Source of the DNA: Zygnema circumcarinatum SAG 698-1b
Lineage: Eukaryota; Plantae; Zygnematophyceae
DNA: 64,000 nt
Assembly: GCA_037447605.1 (NCBI GenBank)
Contig: CM074811.1
Span: forward strand, 1,674,001 to 1,738,000
Direction of reading: 5' to 3'
In this document: positions 11,601 through 26,600 of the stretch, one piece after another
Numbering within the stretch: the stretch's first letter is position 1
Layout of the letters: every line of letters starts with the position of its first letter
Program-made: the position numbers and the translations under genes
The notes under the pieces: model-generated
What the model saw: only the letters and a program-made list of their open reading frames with translations
The model's database searches: none
What the model was told of the DNA's origin: nothing

Positions 11601-14600
11601 GACTTCATATGAAGCACCTTGTGAATCTGTTTGCATTGCTGACAGGCGAGACCTGTAAAAACGTAACCGGCTGCAAAAGCACATAGAGCAGTTCCCAATC
11701 ATGATAATTACTTAAGGCAAACTCCAACACAGTCACTCTGCAAATGCATGCACTTGAGAGATACAGCTTTTGCTTACTCCTGCTGGCAGACAGATAACTT
11801 CCAAGTAGTTGTCAGCGTTAGATGACGCACAGGCGTCTAACCATACTGAGCGTAAGACCTTAAAAAACGCCCGAGTTATATCCATAGGTCAGGCTTCCTT
11901 CCACTGATTCTGCTAAGCAACAAAGCATACATCCATCAGAGTCTCATATCTGCAATGAAAATAGTACCTCAAAAAAAGGTGCCCATAGAGGCAGCCTTCT
12001 CCTTGCAGCAGCTCCACCGACCTCATTAGCCCTTCCAACGCGCCGCCTGCATCACTGCTGCCCTCAAAGACCTCCGCGAATCTGGGGACGGCACATGGAT
12101 CAATGAGAGCAATCCACATGAGAAAGAAGGGCGGAAAAGAAGCTCATGGAAAAGCATTGCGGATGCAATAAGTTTCCCGTTGATGAAAGGTACCTGGTCA
12201 AGTTAGTACTTACCATGACCCTAAATGCTTGTATGCTCTGCTGTTTAGATTACAAGCACTGATATTTAAGGGGAAAGGCAGCTTGCTTGCATCTTTACCT
12301 TTCCTCAGGCAGTTCATCCAGCCTTAATAGGAGGTCGCAGGCTGCCTCTGCTGACAAAATCCTTTCTTGCAATAAACTTAGGAGGACCTCAGTTGGGAGG
12401 TGCAATATGCCTGCACTCAGTACATTTAGGCTCTATCGGCAATCAGCTTTAAATTTACCATGAAAGAACCTGAAGGCACCCAAAGTTTACGGCATTCGCC
12501 GATCCATTTGAAGTGATATATGCTCCACAAGAGACTATCATTAGCTGAGTGTCTGAGGCCACTGTTGTTGGGGAATAGTAACGCATAGGGTATGACATGT
12601 AGTTTATGCAACTTGAAAATGGCGCAAACTAATGCAGCATATGCGAGCCGCTCAATGTATAGTGACATTTTCTAGCTGGTTCTCGCTTTGTTCGCTCTGA
12701 ACTTCAAGGAGTAGTTAGCAGGAAACGCAGATGCCTCCATAAATCGCGCAGTTTATATGTCAACGCTCAAAAGTCTACCATTTGAGTAACTGCCAAGTTG
12801 TACGTGTTTCAGCATCACAATTAAGCGCTTTCAAGGGACGTCCTACTAGTAGGCGAGGAGGCTTGAAAAAGCTATCTCCCTAGCTATGGAGAGTTGTTTT
12901 TTTGTAGTCTTACCAGCCCATCGAAGTCCACGATCAGCTCCTTTCACTAAACGCAGTGCACTTTCTTGTCTCAATGCGTCCATAGCAGGCACTCCACTTT
13001 TTGGCTCTGTGAGTTGGACCATCTTCCGTTTCCCCCATGTTTCCTCATCAATGTTTGCTGAGTCAATCCGAGGAAAGATACTGTCACGCAAGCGCATGTA
13101 AAGGTCATACATTGCTGGTGACACAGGTTTCTCTCCTTCCCCTGCGGTGCAGTCACGCATTACGGCAGCCAGGATACACAATGCTTCAATAGCCCCTTCC
13201 ACAACAACCCGAAGAACCTTCTTTGGCGTACTGCTATTACTCGACTGCAGAATGACTAATTGATGAGCCTCATTCCCATCGTCCACTGGTATCTGCTCTT
13301 CTGCAATTGGCACAGTGGGATGATCATCTAAAACTGCACAAAGGGCACCCAGAAGGATGGCAGCCACCTCATTCCTGATAGTCCAGGAGCTCTTCCCACT
13401 TGGTGTAAGGGTGTCCCAGGGAAAGTGAGCGTAGCATGCAAGTTCCTTGACAGGTGTCAGCAGATCTAATGCAAGAAGCTTCCGATTAAGGAGGAGAACT
13501 GCAGCAGTGTGAGTGATAGATTCGTGGCGTGGAAGGATGGGGGCATTCCTTTGAAGGAAGAAAATGAAAGCTGCAATCTGCAAACCCGCAAACAAGCGTC
13601 AGCACTCTTGATACTGGAAACCTGTATGACGAGACACCTCCAGGGAAAGCCAAGACTTCCAAACACCAAGTCCAATATCACGTGATGGTTTTAGCAGCCA
13701 TTCTCATACTTCCCTGAACATCCCCCGACATTGACCAATAACACCAGATAAGGCTATCCCAAACGAGGCAGAAAAGGCTCCTGCCACACTCAGGTGATTA
13801 CACCTCTTCATGATGAAACAACTTCGGCAAAACAGCATGTCAGCGTACCATTGGGATCGAGGTCTCCCAGGACAAAGCAGCCCGCACTGCTGGGAGCAGG
13901 ACATCCACTAGCTCCTTTTTCCACAGTATCTTCTCCAACGCTTCTACCCATGACCCATCAATACGTTCTTGACCTTCCGCCCTTACGACTTCCAATCCTT
14001 CTCCATGGGAAGCCCCAACGTCTTCCTCTGCGCCATTTCCTCACAGCCGCATGCAGGCAACAATAAGCTGCACATCACGGTAAAGGCAAGTGCCCACTTC
14101 CAATGGTGCTCCTGTTGAACATAGCCTGCCGACGGGATCTGTGAGTTGGGCCATTTCTTCTAAGCCTGGTCCTGCATCTGCTCTCTTCACTTCAAATATT
14201 GGCATCCCACCTTTTGGAGGCTCACCTGCGGCAGTTGAAGCAGAAGGTTGCCTGTTGGAGCTTTGCGTAGATGGAGAGGGTGGTCCCAGAATATGGCTGA
14301 GGCACCTGTGAGCTTGTTGCCGAACCATGTTCTGCCGAGAGGCCAGCTTTGATGCCAAAAAGCCCACAACAGCTTTTGCAGCGCCTATCTGCCTTTGCCT
14401 CTTCGACTCCCCTCTTTGCAGCAGTGCTGCAGCAGGATCAACTTCAGGAGCAGCACCCCCTGCTTCCTGCCCATCATCCACTTCACCTTCGTCTTCGTCC
14501 CTCTCCGATTCTAGCAGACCCGTGCCAGTTACCACAACTCGTAAATCATTTCGTAGCCGTTGGGTTTCATCAGGAGGCAGTGCCATAGTCCTCGCGCCAC

Positions 14601-17600
14601 TTTCATGTAGAAACAGTAGTTCACACTAAAGTAATCCCAAAACAGGCCCCATGCGAAGCATTTCAGACATTATAAGGTGTTTTCTTTTATTTACGCCTTG
14701 CATGTTTTAACAAGGACGGCAAAGTTTGTTCCATTGCAGTGCACATACGCTCCAGCTTAGCGTGCAATCTTCCTTCGACCAATGCCACATTATAGAAGTA
14801 ACATAAGTCCAGGACAAGAATGGCAAGCTCAGTTTAATCTGTTGATCCCTTTGTTCTACAATAATGGTGTGGCCAACACAACATTCACAGCTGTCTAGTT
14901 GATGCTGATGCAAGAGCTAGTAGCTTAACGTTACAAAGATAGAAACATAGTTCTGAACAAGTACCTGCCACACTGGAGGCAACGTTCGCAAAACAGCAGG
15001 CTCACTTTGCAGCACTCTCCTGAGCCACGGCCATGCTTCTTTCACGCCCTGCAGGCAGCAGAGTGACTTTCCTAAGTCCGCAGTCTGATGCCAATACCCC
15101 TCTCCTCCAAAACCTGCATAGCCTTACACGTCCTGTCTACTTAAGCACACTAACAGAAAACGAAATGGCTGGGCCCTGTGAGAGAGCAGTGACACCAATG
15201 CTATATCGTTTCCCAGACTTTCCAAGATGCATTCCGAACTACAGCAGTCACTGAAATAAGCATGCAGTATTCCAGTTACGACATTTGAAGTTTCATGTCA
15301 CAACTACAGAGTTACGGGTGAATGAACATGGTGATAAATCGCTGAGGACCTAGAGGATGATGCCAATTTAACACTCGTTGAGCTTTATATTTATACCCTG
15401 TGAGTTTGAGAAATATTGAGTCTTCATAGCGTCAACTTGAGGATTCCAGCATCTTCCAGTGTGAGAGACACCAAAGCTAGCGGTTGTTATACAAAGCTGA
15501 GATGTTTTCGCCTTTGAAAGAACCAGAAGTCTAAAAAATAAAAGTGAGTTATCATCACATTGTGTCATTTTGCTGTTCATGATGACTTGTTATGCAATTT
15601 TCATGGTAAATAACTGCATGGAGGGCTACAAGCGACAAAAACTCTCCATGGTGGTCCTGGGTTGGGCTACCCTCCTTCTGCTCAGATGTTACCGAACGTG
15701 CTTAACTTACGAATTAGCTCGTTCTCTATTCCAACTCACCTAAGTATAAAAATTGGCACAAAGCTTTTTTTTAATCTAAACCATCTTCGACTCAATGTAT
15801 GAAGTAGAAATGTCCATTTCGGTGCATACTGTAAAGGTCATGGTCCCCCAAAGCTGGCAGATAGACCAAAGAAATGCAAAAAATCACCTGATTCCGAGTC
15901 ACCTCTTGCAGGAAATTTGGCTTTCGGCTGGCTCTCAGCAACTGGCCCAGCTTCAAGTCAGCATCTAGGCCCTTAACCTCCTCCCAGACCCATGCAGGAG
16001 GCTGCATGCAAGAATCGTGGTCCAACACCATGAGCTTCAACTCTCCAATGCCTCCTCCCGGGAACACTGTTGGCAGCTGAGAAGGGGGAGGTAATCCTCT
16101 GCTTGCAGCCTCCACCATGGCCTCCTCAGCAAGCAGCCTGTCTTCTTCTGCAACTGCCTCCTGAAACGCCATAACAACCTCTTCGCTTTGCCGTTCCGGA
16201 TCCCCGTCATGTAGGCTTTCTTCATTTCTGCGGATGTGAATAACAATATTGACCATCATACGCTGCAGTGAAGCTGTAGCTTCAATTCTCCATACATCTA
16301 AATTCAGAGAGTGGCATAGAACTGACTAGTAGGAGATATATGAGGATGGTTGCCGGAGGTGATTCCCTGTTTTAGGCTGGACATGGAAGGCTAAATCGAT
16401 AACATAGTCGCCATCAGCTAAAGTAGGAACGGGGAAAGGAGACATGAGTGTGCGCCGCCTGTGGACGTAGAAGTACGGTAGAATAACAAGTACGGTCAAG
16501 TTGTACAACTTCGAGAATGTGTTTTACTCGATCGAGAAGTTGCCAATGACGCGCTAAATAACGCATGAAAGAGCTTATGAAGTATGCGATCGACAGCAAA
16601 TCACAGACAAGGAACGTGCAACAAGAGTGAAGCTGGCAATTATAGCTCTCAAGAAAGGTGCTCACGTGGGGAGGTACGGAATGGTAGCCTTAAGCAGCCC
16701 TTCAAGAAGGCGGTGCACAGATGGAAAGTTCTCCCAGGCAAACCGCCCAATTGTAGGACAGTTCATCACGGCTATGAGCATCACCAGTATGCTCGCTTTC
16801 CAATAAAGGGGCACCACCTGATACAAAGCATTTAAATGGATTGAGGCTGGATTACAGTCACAGATTGGATAACCTCAGGAACAAGCATGATGACTATAGC
16901 TTGCAAAAAGATAAACATGATGACTACAGCTCGCAGATGACATGTATTTTTTACGTAGGTTTAGTATCCTAGAATGCACTTTTTGTCAGCAGAATCTCCT
17001 GGTTTTCAGAGTGCAGAGAAACTTCAGTCCACAAACATCCCAGCGGGTCTAAGTAACCTCGAGCAACGTCAAAGTAACGAATGGTCCACCAAGAAAGTCT
17101 GCATCCTTGGAGCTCGTGAAAACAAACAAAACGTACAGCAAGTGCGGGAAGTTCGGTAGAGATTCGCCGTGGTGGAAGCAGCGCACTGAGTTTGAAAATA
17201 GCTGCGGGTAACTGCCATCCATCTTCAACAAAAGCTATATGAGGCCTTCAAGGCTTTTCAGCCCATCATCAAAAGTTGCTTTGACAGTATCTCCAAGGGC
17301 TCTTTGGCTAAAAAGAAGAAAAGTCACAACTGACACACGGATTTTCAGTCCTTTGCTCTATGGAAGTTAAGCCAGCTAGTTACTTCCACCTTGCTATCGA
17401 AAAGTCGGATTAGAGAGCCGTGTGATGGGTGACCTTTCAGAGTGAGCAAGATTGGCATGCTAAAACTAGAAAGTGCAATATGACTGCGCAGATACTGTCA
17501 CCCAAAGGTTGTAATTTGAAAAGAATAGCAGCAACGCCGCAAGAAAATGCGTGGCTGACCAACAGGAATCGCTGCCTAATATTTCTGTGATATACAATCC

Positions 17601-20600
17601 TAACCTTAAGACCACCTGATACAAGCATAGAAAGCCACCAAAATGCCGCACTAAGTCATACTATGGCACCTGATGGTTCTCGGCCAACAGCGATTCTGGG
17701 AGTTCTCGATTCAGAGCAGCTGCACGGAGTACTAGGCTCTCGAGAATACTCATGGCCTCCTCAGGTGACAGGGGATAGTCCTGCTTTCAACCGAAAACAG
17801 TAATGACAAATTCCCTTGCCTGTCATCGAACAAACTTCAGGATTTTTTTCAGGTTTCCGACTTCAAGCACCCACAACAATGAATTTCTACTTTTCTGCAA
17901 TTCAGGAATGGAGGGCGTAGGACAGACCAACCCATCTGTTTCAGTGAGAAAAATCCTGTAAGCCTCAATAATTCAGCTGAAGAGCATAAGGCCTCTGCAA
18001 CAGAATGAAGAGGCGGGATTGGAACAAGCTTACAGAAATACCCATTAAAATTATTCGCGCAAGTGTTTCCTCGTACACGGGCAAGCCTAGAGAGAGCAGC
18101 CGGCTACCAGTCTGCTCCCATTCATCTGCTCCATCTGGCTTTTTTTCCTGACCTCTCCTTGCCCCCAGCAAGCGAGACAGAACTGAGAACAGCTGCCACT
18201 AGCCATACACGGCTGTAACTGCTTCACAAACAGAAACGAAGGTTACGACAAGCTGACGGTTTGGGATAACTTGTCAATAGCACAACGTTGATTTCTTTCA
18301 GCATTTTGTCGGCAGTCTAAATGCCTGTGCAAGTTCACTTGAAATAATGATCGGAACAGCAGAGTAATTGCATACCATTGTATCGGGCTGCAAAAACAGC
18401 AGACGTCTAACAGCAAACTTGAACTGGGCCAAAGTCAGATTTGGAAGATACACTGCGAGGACATCCGTACACCACGCCATGGCCTCCATCTGCCCAACCA
18501 TACAGGAACTGATACAGATCACAACAAGCTTCAAGAAACTAGCCTTCTAAACAAGATGGGAAGAACAGACAGCCTGTGCAATAAACAGGATACGGGGTTC
18601 AAGTCACACCACCTGAATAGTGGCTGCGTCAAAGCGGAACTGCTGTAGCTGTGTTTGTTTGTTGGAAGAACTTGCAGTTTGCGCGGATGGAGCTGCTGTA
18701 GCATTCACCGTCCCTGAAGGCAACGTACTATCCTCCCCAACTAATTGGGCTGCTCCCAATGGTAGGAGCAAACAAATGAGGTCTACCAGCTGCACACAAA
18801 AATCGCCCATATCCTCAAATCGCTTCGCATGATTGTACCAGACAAGGTCGAGGCACCTGCAGATCTATACCAACTCACTAGCTCAGACTCCTTTGCCTTG
18901 TTTAAACTCGTCTTGCATTTCCTGTCTGCATTGCATTAAGCAGACCGTGCGACACCGTGAATCTAAGCCTTCACACACGACCATGTGCTTACAAGCAAAC
19001 GCCAAGATTGTCTGTCAGGACGATAAAATGCATCAATGAAGCTTTTCCAGAAATAGCCAAGCAACTCATTCACCTGAAACAACCAGGCTTCTTTCAAGGG
19101 CTGCGGCTGTTGGGCCATGGCCGGCCAGGGAGTCAGAAGCCCTCGGCAGAAGGGGCTGGCACTGACATCTCCTGCACTCCCTCGGATGAGTCTGCAGGCC
19201 AAGCGCGACTCCCGCTACGCTTGAAGACGGACAGAGGAAGATGAATTACTCAACAAGTAGCCCAAAGCACTGATTTGGAGATTAATGACAACGGCCTGAA
19301 GCGGCCTAAAGCCAAGAGTTTGCATTTTCCTGTTTATTATGCATGCATCTTCAAAGTAAAAGCGAAGGTCAAGTGAAATCATACGATACCTTTTCAGCAG
19401 ACCGCGAATATGTGGCCTGGTTTCCTCATTTGTGGCGAGCTCCTGCCCCACCAGCCCAGGATAATGTTTGAGTGTTGGCAAACAGAGATTCCTGCATCAG
19501 CAAACCAAGCTCCCATACGGCCGCCCACACAAACTAGCGTCATCTGCAGCCAGTAAGTGGAACTACCTGGAAAATGAGTGCAAGTTGCTCTTCCGGAGGC
19601 GGTGAATGAGGCATAGCTCGCAGGACAGTAGCAATGGCTCGCATGTTGTGGCCGCTGGGCTTTTGGACCTCAGCCAGCAGAAAGGTCTGCATATGCATAT
19701 CTTGCTCAAGCTTTCAATATATACCACAATATCCAAAAAAGACAATGCAAAGCTCTGTGACAGAGTATTGTGCTTCTCCCATTTCGACCCACCTGTGAAC
19801 AAAATTACATGGCAGAATCTCAAATGGAGCTCGGTTGCAGCACCGTCTCATCTGTGCTGCACTGTTTTGCAAACTTGTGCTTTTGCCTATATTGTAAAGT
19901 TTACAAATATTTTAACATCAATCCGCCCCAGTACCTGTTTATAGAATGGCGTAAACTACGGACGCTCACCTTGAGAGCCAAACTCGCATACTCAGGGCAT
20001 CGGCGAGCAACCTGAGTAACAACTTCTCCAAACATCGTGCTTCCTTGCGGCCCCTTTATCTGCACCAGCCATGCATACATTCGCCATTCATTCATGCATT
20101 CATTGAATGACTCGCCTATGAATATGCCCATCCTACATTGACTCATTTGGTTGACGTGAGTCCAGTTGTAAATATCAAACTCGGTCGCTTCGCTCGTGGG
20201 CGACTCAGCCGTTGCTTTGATGGTTTTACCATAAGGTCCTCACATGCGCAGAAGTGACGAGCACTTCATTTCGAGCTCTTAAAAAGTGTCCAATGCAGAA
20301 GATCACATTCCTTCAGGAACTAAGGCAGGGGTGAGCTCCCAAAAAAATCCGCCAGCAAACGGTTAAAAGCCCCCTGTAGAAAGTACGACTATCTGTCAAC
20401 AGCCATACAACTTATCTGCGAAGAGTGCGTAGGGGTCAACCGAGGCATTGACTGCCGAGAATGGAAAGTAAGCTGCACCTTGAGAGTTAGCAGATTTGCA
20501 ATGGTGTGGTAATCGTTCTCTGTTGTGCCGTGGGTCAGCACGAGTATGCGCTCCAAAAGTGGACGCACTAAGCGAAGATGCAAAGGCGAGCTGAGCCACG

Positions 20601-23600
20601 ATTCCAACATGCTGGAGGCCACCACACGCACCTCTTCGTATCCCGCTCCCAACATCAGCAGCCTGAAAGGAAAGGCAGCAATTGACAAGGATTGGCTGAT
20701 TAGCAAAGCGAGAATACCGGGAATGGCTCCATTTAATAGCTGCCTTTCGCTTCAAGAAATCCCAATACCAGAAAGAACTCTCTTATACCTTTTGCAAAAG
20801 GATTACTGAAACGGGATTTTTAAAGGTCGGAGGAAGCAGGTCTTTAAACCTGCACAGTAGGAAATCAAACAGAGAACTCTGGAGAACTACACAAAAAAGG
20901 GAACACAACCTGCATTTAAAGCAACACACAGCAGAGCACTACACATTGGATGGCAGAATTATGGCTGGGCAACTGTATCATCACTCACTTCAACAACTGC
21001 CGTGGATTATCTTTAGCAGCCGCATGTCCCAGAAGACTGTCAAGCACAGAACGGAACTCCTCTCTGACAGCTTCGCGCAGGCTCTCATCACTGTAACGTT
21101 TGCGCACATCAGAGCCCTGAAATGGACAACCAACCTCTTGTCATTACAACATCACAGCATAACCACACCAATCGATCGTAACCTCTCCCACTCCGCATTC
21201 CCCCTCCCCCCTTCCGCCTCCCCCCCTCTCACCATTCCACCTCCACCCAGCCCCCTTCCTCCTGCCACCCCTCGTCCCCCGCCCCCCTGCCCCCTCCACT
21301 CTCCCCCCTCCCCATCCTTCTCCCCTCACCCCCCCACCTCCCCCTTCCCCCCTCCCCACTCCCCACTCCCTCCCACCTCCACCCTCCCCTCCCTCTGCAC
21401 TGGTGGAAGTGTTAGAGATCCATCGGTTTGCAAAAATGCATAGAGTAATTCCAGCTAGACCTTTCTCTTGTGCAGTAAGGTCTTTCAGAAGTCAATATCA
21501 GAGCATCGAGTGTATAAGGGCTTACTGGAGACTGCAAAGGAGGCAGGCTACTAGACCCTGGAGTGCTTCCAGATAATCCACCGCCCCTGCAACAAGGATA
21601 TGAGGACTTAATAATATGTGGCCATTAAATAGAGTCATTTTAAAGTGCTTCTAAAAAGTATCACTTGTCCTTGCTGCTTTCTCAAGCAGAACAACAGACT
21701 TGCTATGAACTACCACGGTTCTGAATACACTGCCCTGCGATACACATGGAAGACAGCTGATCGGATTACCATACGATTACGTCTTGACAGAACATTTCTG
21801 CAGATCTCTTCGGGTCTGACTAGACTTCTTGAATGCAATCCAGCATGACTACTGCAGCTTGCAGCTTTCCTGCGCATCAACACTATTCGGGGCTCCAGCC
21901 CGTCGTGGACTTATGAAAAACATCTCTGTTGACTAGAAAAAAACAAGGAATCGGTCGGACAACCCTTGCGTTTTTTTCCCTGGTTTTTTTCCTCAAAACC
22001 TTCATCTCTAGCTCCCTTTGCATTTGTTTCTTTATACTTCTCTAAATCAACATGTCTGTGACTGGTTCAAAGTGACCCACGCTAAAGCTTGTAGAATGAA
22101 ACTCTTTCCCTTCAACCAAACGTCTGATAGGATCAACCAAGCCTGTTTCCATTCCTTGTTGAAATATCATATAAGCAAAGAAGTGAAGGGGGTCCTTACA
22201 TGTAAAGCACAATATAACCCTACCGGAGAAATGTGAAAGACGGATGAGCACAGAAAACAACGAAGGTAACCAAAACTGTGTTCAATAGTGGAGGGACAGG
22301 AGGGGGGATTAGGAGGGCGGAAGGCAGACGGGGAGGAGGGAGAAAAAGGATGAGGAGGGGATGTGAAATTGAACACAACACAAGGAGAACACGGGCGGAA
22401 CCAGAAAGCATACCCTGCCGCTTCCACGCCTCTTGCCACACTGCTATCGTCCCTCACATGATCCTGCATTCACTTCCAAGTTTATGTCATAGAAGGCTTC
22501 GAACGACAGATGCGGATTCAGAAAAGAAAAAAGAAAACGAAGAAAAAAGGTCAATATATATAGATTATATATGGTATCTGTATGGCATATAATCTGCTCC
22601 ATCGTCACATAAAACTATCCTACTGAAAAAAAAAATACATGACGGTCACTAAGTAGACAAAACATAAGTGTCGTAGCAAAGAAATAAACTAAGCGTAACG
22701 GTTCATAGTGGTTCCCCAAAAAGCACATGGTTCTGGCATACAATGAGCAGAGGGCATACCATTCCCGTATGGGGGAACGCTGTGAGGATAGATGCAACAA
22801 AGTCTCGACAAGACTCATTGTCCACCCACGTTCGAGGTCCGCACACATCGTGGAGGTAAGCCTGCAGCAGGGCCCATCAGTTTGCTCAGCAATTTCACGC
22901 AGGTCATTTGAAAATCCCCAAAAATCACTGGCATGCCTCATTGGAGGAGCTTCAGGGAAAAGCCGCCTTTCTTGGTTTGAAACTTTACCAGCATATAACT
23001 CTTAATTAGTGGTGTACGTGCATGCATGTGAATAAGCACGTACATGAACTGGAATTTCCAACCTTGAATTCCCAATCAAGCGTCCAAGTCTTAATATTTT
23101 CATTATATAACATCTGAATATTTATCCATAGAATCAAAGCAACATTTTAATCATTGTGCCATTGTTTGTATTTAGTTTTGTATATCTATTGATGAGATAC
23201 GTATACATCCATCGAATGAATAATGAGTGATTAAGAAAAATGATACAGATGATTATGGTTTGCAACCTTCTTTAAGTGAGCCATACAGTGTGAAGAAAAC
23301 ACTCACAGTGACAAATTCCAGAGGCCATTGGGGTAGGTGATCAAAAGCCCGAAGTAGCAGACGGCATGCGAACACAGGCAGAATGGCAGGCCGCTTCGCA
23401 CCTTGATGCAGAGGCTCAGGCGTCGGCATAATGAACTCCACAAGCACCTGCCCCACGAAGGCAACATAAGCTTGGACATCATCACAGTGCAATGTGACCC
23501 TCTGACAAGTGGACCATCAGTGCCTCTTGGTATCCCTATGTGCATCTGAATTGACTGCGTGCCTAATGGCCAAGTCTACATCTTCGAGAAGACACTCTGC

Positions 23601-26600
23601 TCGGAGTGGTTTTCTTCCTACATTTCATTTGAGAGCATCCAAGAAAAAATCACCTTGAAAGTTTCAGGCAGTGAAAACGCTTCTGGAAACTTCTTTGATA
23701 TGTATACACAACTCAAGTAGTGATAGCGGCTTGGATGCGCCATGTTTCTGCCACATTCCCGCAGAGCCTGGCAGAGGGTGCGGTCAATGCTTGACATGTC
23801 CCACTGTGCATGGGCCTCCCAAACAGAGCTGATGATATCCAGATCTGGAACAGAACCCCGTCCGCAATACATCAATATGGTTGAGCCAGCTATACATGGG
23901 CACGATCTCTTAACAACTCACCACTTCGCTCACTAAAGCATAGAATTCTCCAAAGCTGACGTCCAACACTAGGGAGGGTAACAATTACACTGAAAGCTAT
24001 AAATCATCACTCGAAATGAATAGACCCTAAAGTACGTTTCCAGCAACCTGCACTATCTCCGTGAGTGAGCAACACCAGGCCTCACATCTCAGCCAGAAGA
24101 AAGGACAAATGAAACGTTCAACATATGCGCAGAAAGAAGGGGTGTTAAGTCACCAGGCAAAATCACCTGGAGTGATGCCCAGCGTGCTCGGCTTGGTGAA
24201 GGAAATGTCCCAAAGCAGTTAAGAAAAATGATAAATGTATGATTAAACACTTGACTACGTACATACGAAAAGACGGAATTCAATGAAGAAAGTCTCAGCG
24301 GCAGAAAATTGGAAATAGTTAATGAAGGGTCCAGCCTGAGAGGACAAACCCCAATGCCTCACTCTTGTTTACAAACTGAATACACCACAAAGTCACTGAA
24401 AGATTGAAATGGATACAGAACCCAATGGTTTGCGTAATGATAGAATGCCTTCTTCAATTCTTGTCATTTCCAGCGCTAACTGCTTCGTATCCTTTAGTTT
24501 CCTTTTGCCTTCCACCTCTCCGCGCAATGCTTTTTTCCCTGTTTTATCTTGTCCTTTTTCATCATCAGAACTTCTACCACTCCCCTCCGCATCGTCCCTT
24601 TGTCCATGCTCTGAAGGGTCTTCCACTATCTGTTGCCCACCTACATCTTCACGCCTTATCTCTCCATGCAGCTCCTTATTCTGGAAGTCTCCTTGTCCAC
24701 CTGAGGCATGTGCATCATATTTGCCATGAGAGACTTGCGGGGGACCATCCGTACCTTTCTCTCCTACATTATCAAAGCCCAAAAGCGAGCTTTTCTGAAG
24801 TTCACGGACCCTTCGTCTATCTGCCTCAGCACCGGGTTTTCCATCCTTCACATCGACAGCGTGTTGGATAGCCCTTCCCTCTTCCAAGGCTTGAGTCTCA
24901 TTTTCTTCACCTCCCTGTCCATCTCTAAGTTCACTCCAATTCCCCGCTTTTGAGGACCTTGGAAAGTTAGGCAATTCCTCATCAGGCACCCAAAGACCCT
25001 GATCTTCAGGAAATTCTTCGTCGTCATCTTCTAAAGGTGCATTCAGGTCAAATCCATGGGGGGCTTCATTGAGGTCCAATCCACTTGTTGGCCTCTCTTC
25101 CTCGCTGGTTCTCATGGGAGAATCAGCGGTGGCAGATTTCTGGGTCTTCCGGCGCCGTTCTATTGTTGGTGCTGCGTGGCCTCTTGTTCCCCCGTCATTG
25201 ACTTTTCTCTGCAATGGGAGAAAAACAAGATCTATCAATGAGAGACGTCGTTAGATGTCCAGGCTTTCAACTTTAGACATGAAATGAGGGAGGACCGGCG
25301 TTGTACCGTAATGGAAGTCTCTGGTAGGTTGAGTTCAGCTCTTTAAATTTGCCCCTTACTATGCAATCACAGCAAACTTTACCATTGAATTTCAGAAAAG
25401 AGGACGAATTTTAAGAATAGCAAACGGAGTGAAACAGCTTGCAAACTATCTGAGACCAATGGAAAAGGCCAAGGACCTGGTGGCTGCCTTCAAATGAGAA
25501 TTCTGAATTAATTTTTTTATCACCAGAAGGACTGGTCCTGTTAAGGACATGAGGCTTTAGAAGCAGACAAGACAAATGGAGGCACAAGAAAATAAAACAG
25601 GAATTTATTAAAGCGAGGGCAACTGCAGGAGTGGTTCCTAACGAATGTTAGAGGTTCAGTCCTAAGTTAAGCGGCTATGCATTACAAGATTGAACCCACT
25701 ACATCGTATCCTAAAAACTACAATAACTTGTCCTGTTCTCCTTTAGCGATGTAAGTGTTTGTTGAAACAACAACAACATAAAGAGTGCTGTCTGTAGGAT
25801 CTAACTGATAAATGAATAGCATGTTCCCCTTTAAATTGAAGGTTTCAAACATCACGGTTGTCTTTTTGAGCTACAGCAATCTGTTAATCCACTTCATGTT
25901 CGTGTGCGGTCGAGTTTTGTGAAGAATCTTCTGCTTTTCTCTGTAGCATGAAGACCTCTGTTGTTGGTTTGGAGCACTTTTGGTCCACCTTGATTAGCCA
26001 AAGGAAAAAAAGTGAATGGCTACGTAATTAGAAAAACTGCTTCCTTCTCAAGAACAATGCGTCTGGCATGGATCAATAAACAACATGTGCACCAAACAAT
26101 GAATATTTGTTAATAGATTAACGTCGAAAGCTCCTGACATAGCACGGACAGCGTTTCAGGATGTTTTGGTGGACAAGCAGCTATCTTGATATCTGGCTTA
26201 AAATTAGCAGTGCTCAGGTTGTGGAAAATTGTGATGATCCAGTTGTCAAAATTCTTCCACAGTGTTTAACTTTTAAGTCAGTCAGCTATTCTCTATATTA
26301 TGTTGTTGAGTGCTCTTGACTTAAAGACTCGATTAGCTCAACAGACTTCCCTCTGTATTGTATCAAACTCAGAAAGAGCATACAAAAAACCTCTGCAAGG
26401 ATTTCATTCAAATAAGAACGGCTAGGGAGTAAACACGAGGAGCACACACTCACTCGTTTAATTATGATGAATGGCTACCATTGCTAGCCAAAGTCAATTA
26501 TTGTTCAGTTGTTTGTTGGCGTAGAAACAACTTGTTGTTTGTTGTAAGTCGGCTTTATCAGGTTGGCCAAAAAATTGTACAAGAGATTATTACTTCCTTG

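Noticed and set aside
24192-24416. U12-type intron in INTS1 (GTATCCAT donor, TTTCTTAAC branch-like motif)
   Set aside because: The donor deviates from GTATCCTT, the branch-to-acceptor distance (about 27 nt) is long, and a standard GT donor at 24421 gives the same phase. It needs junction reads.
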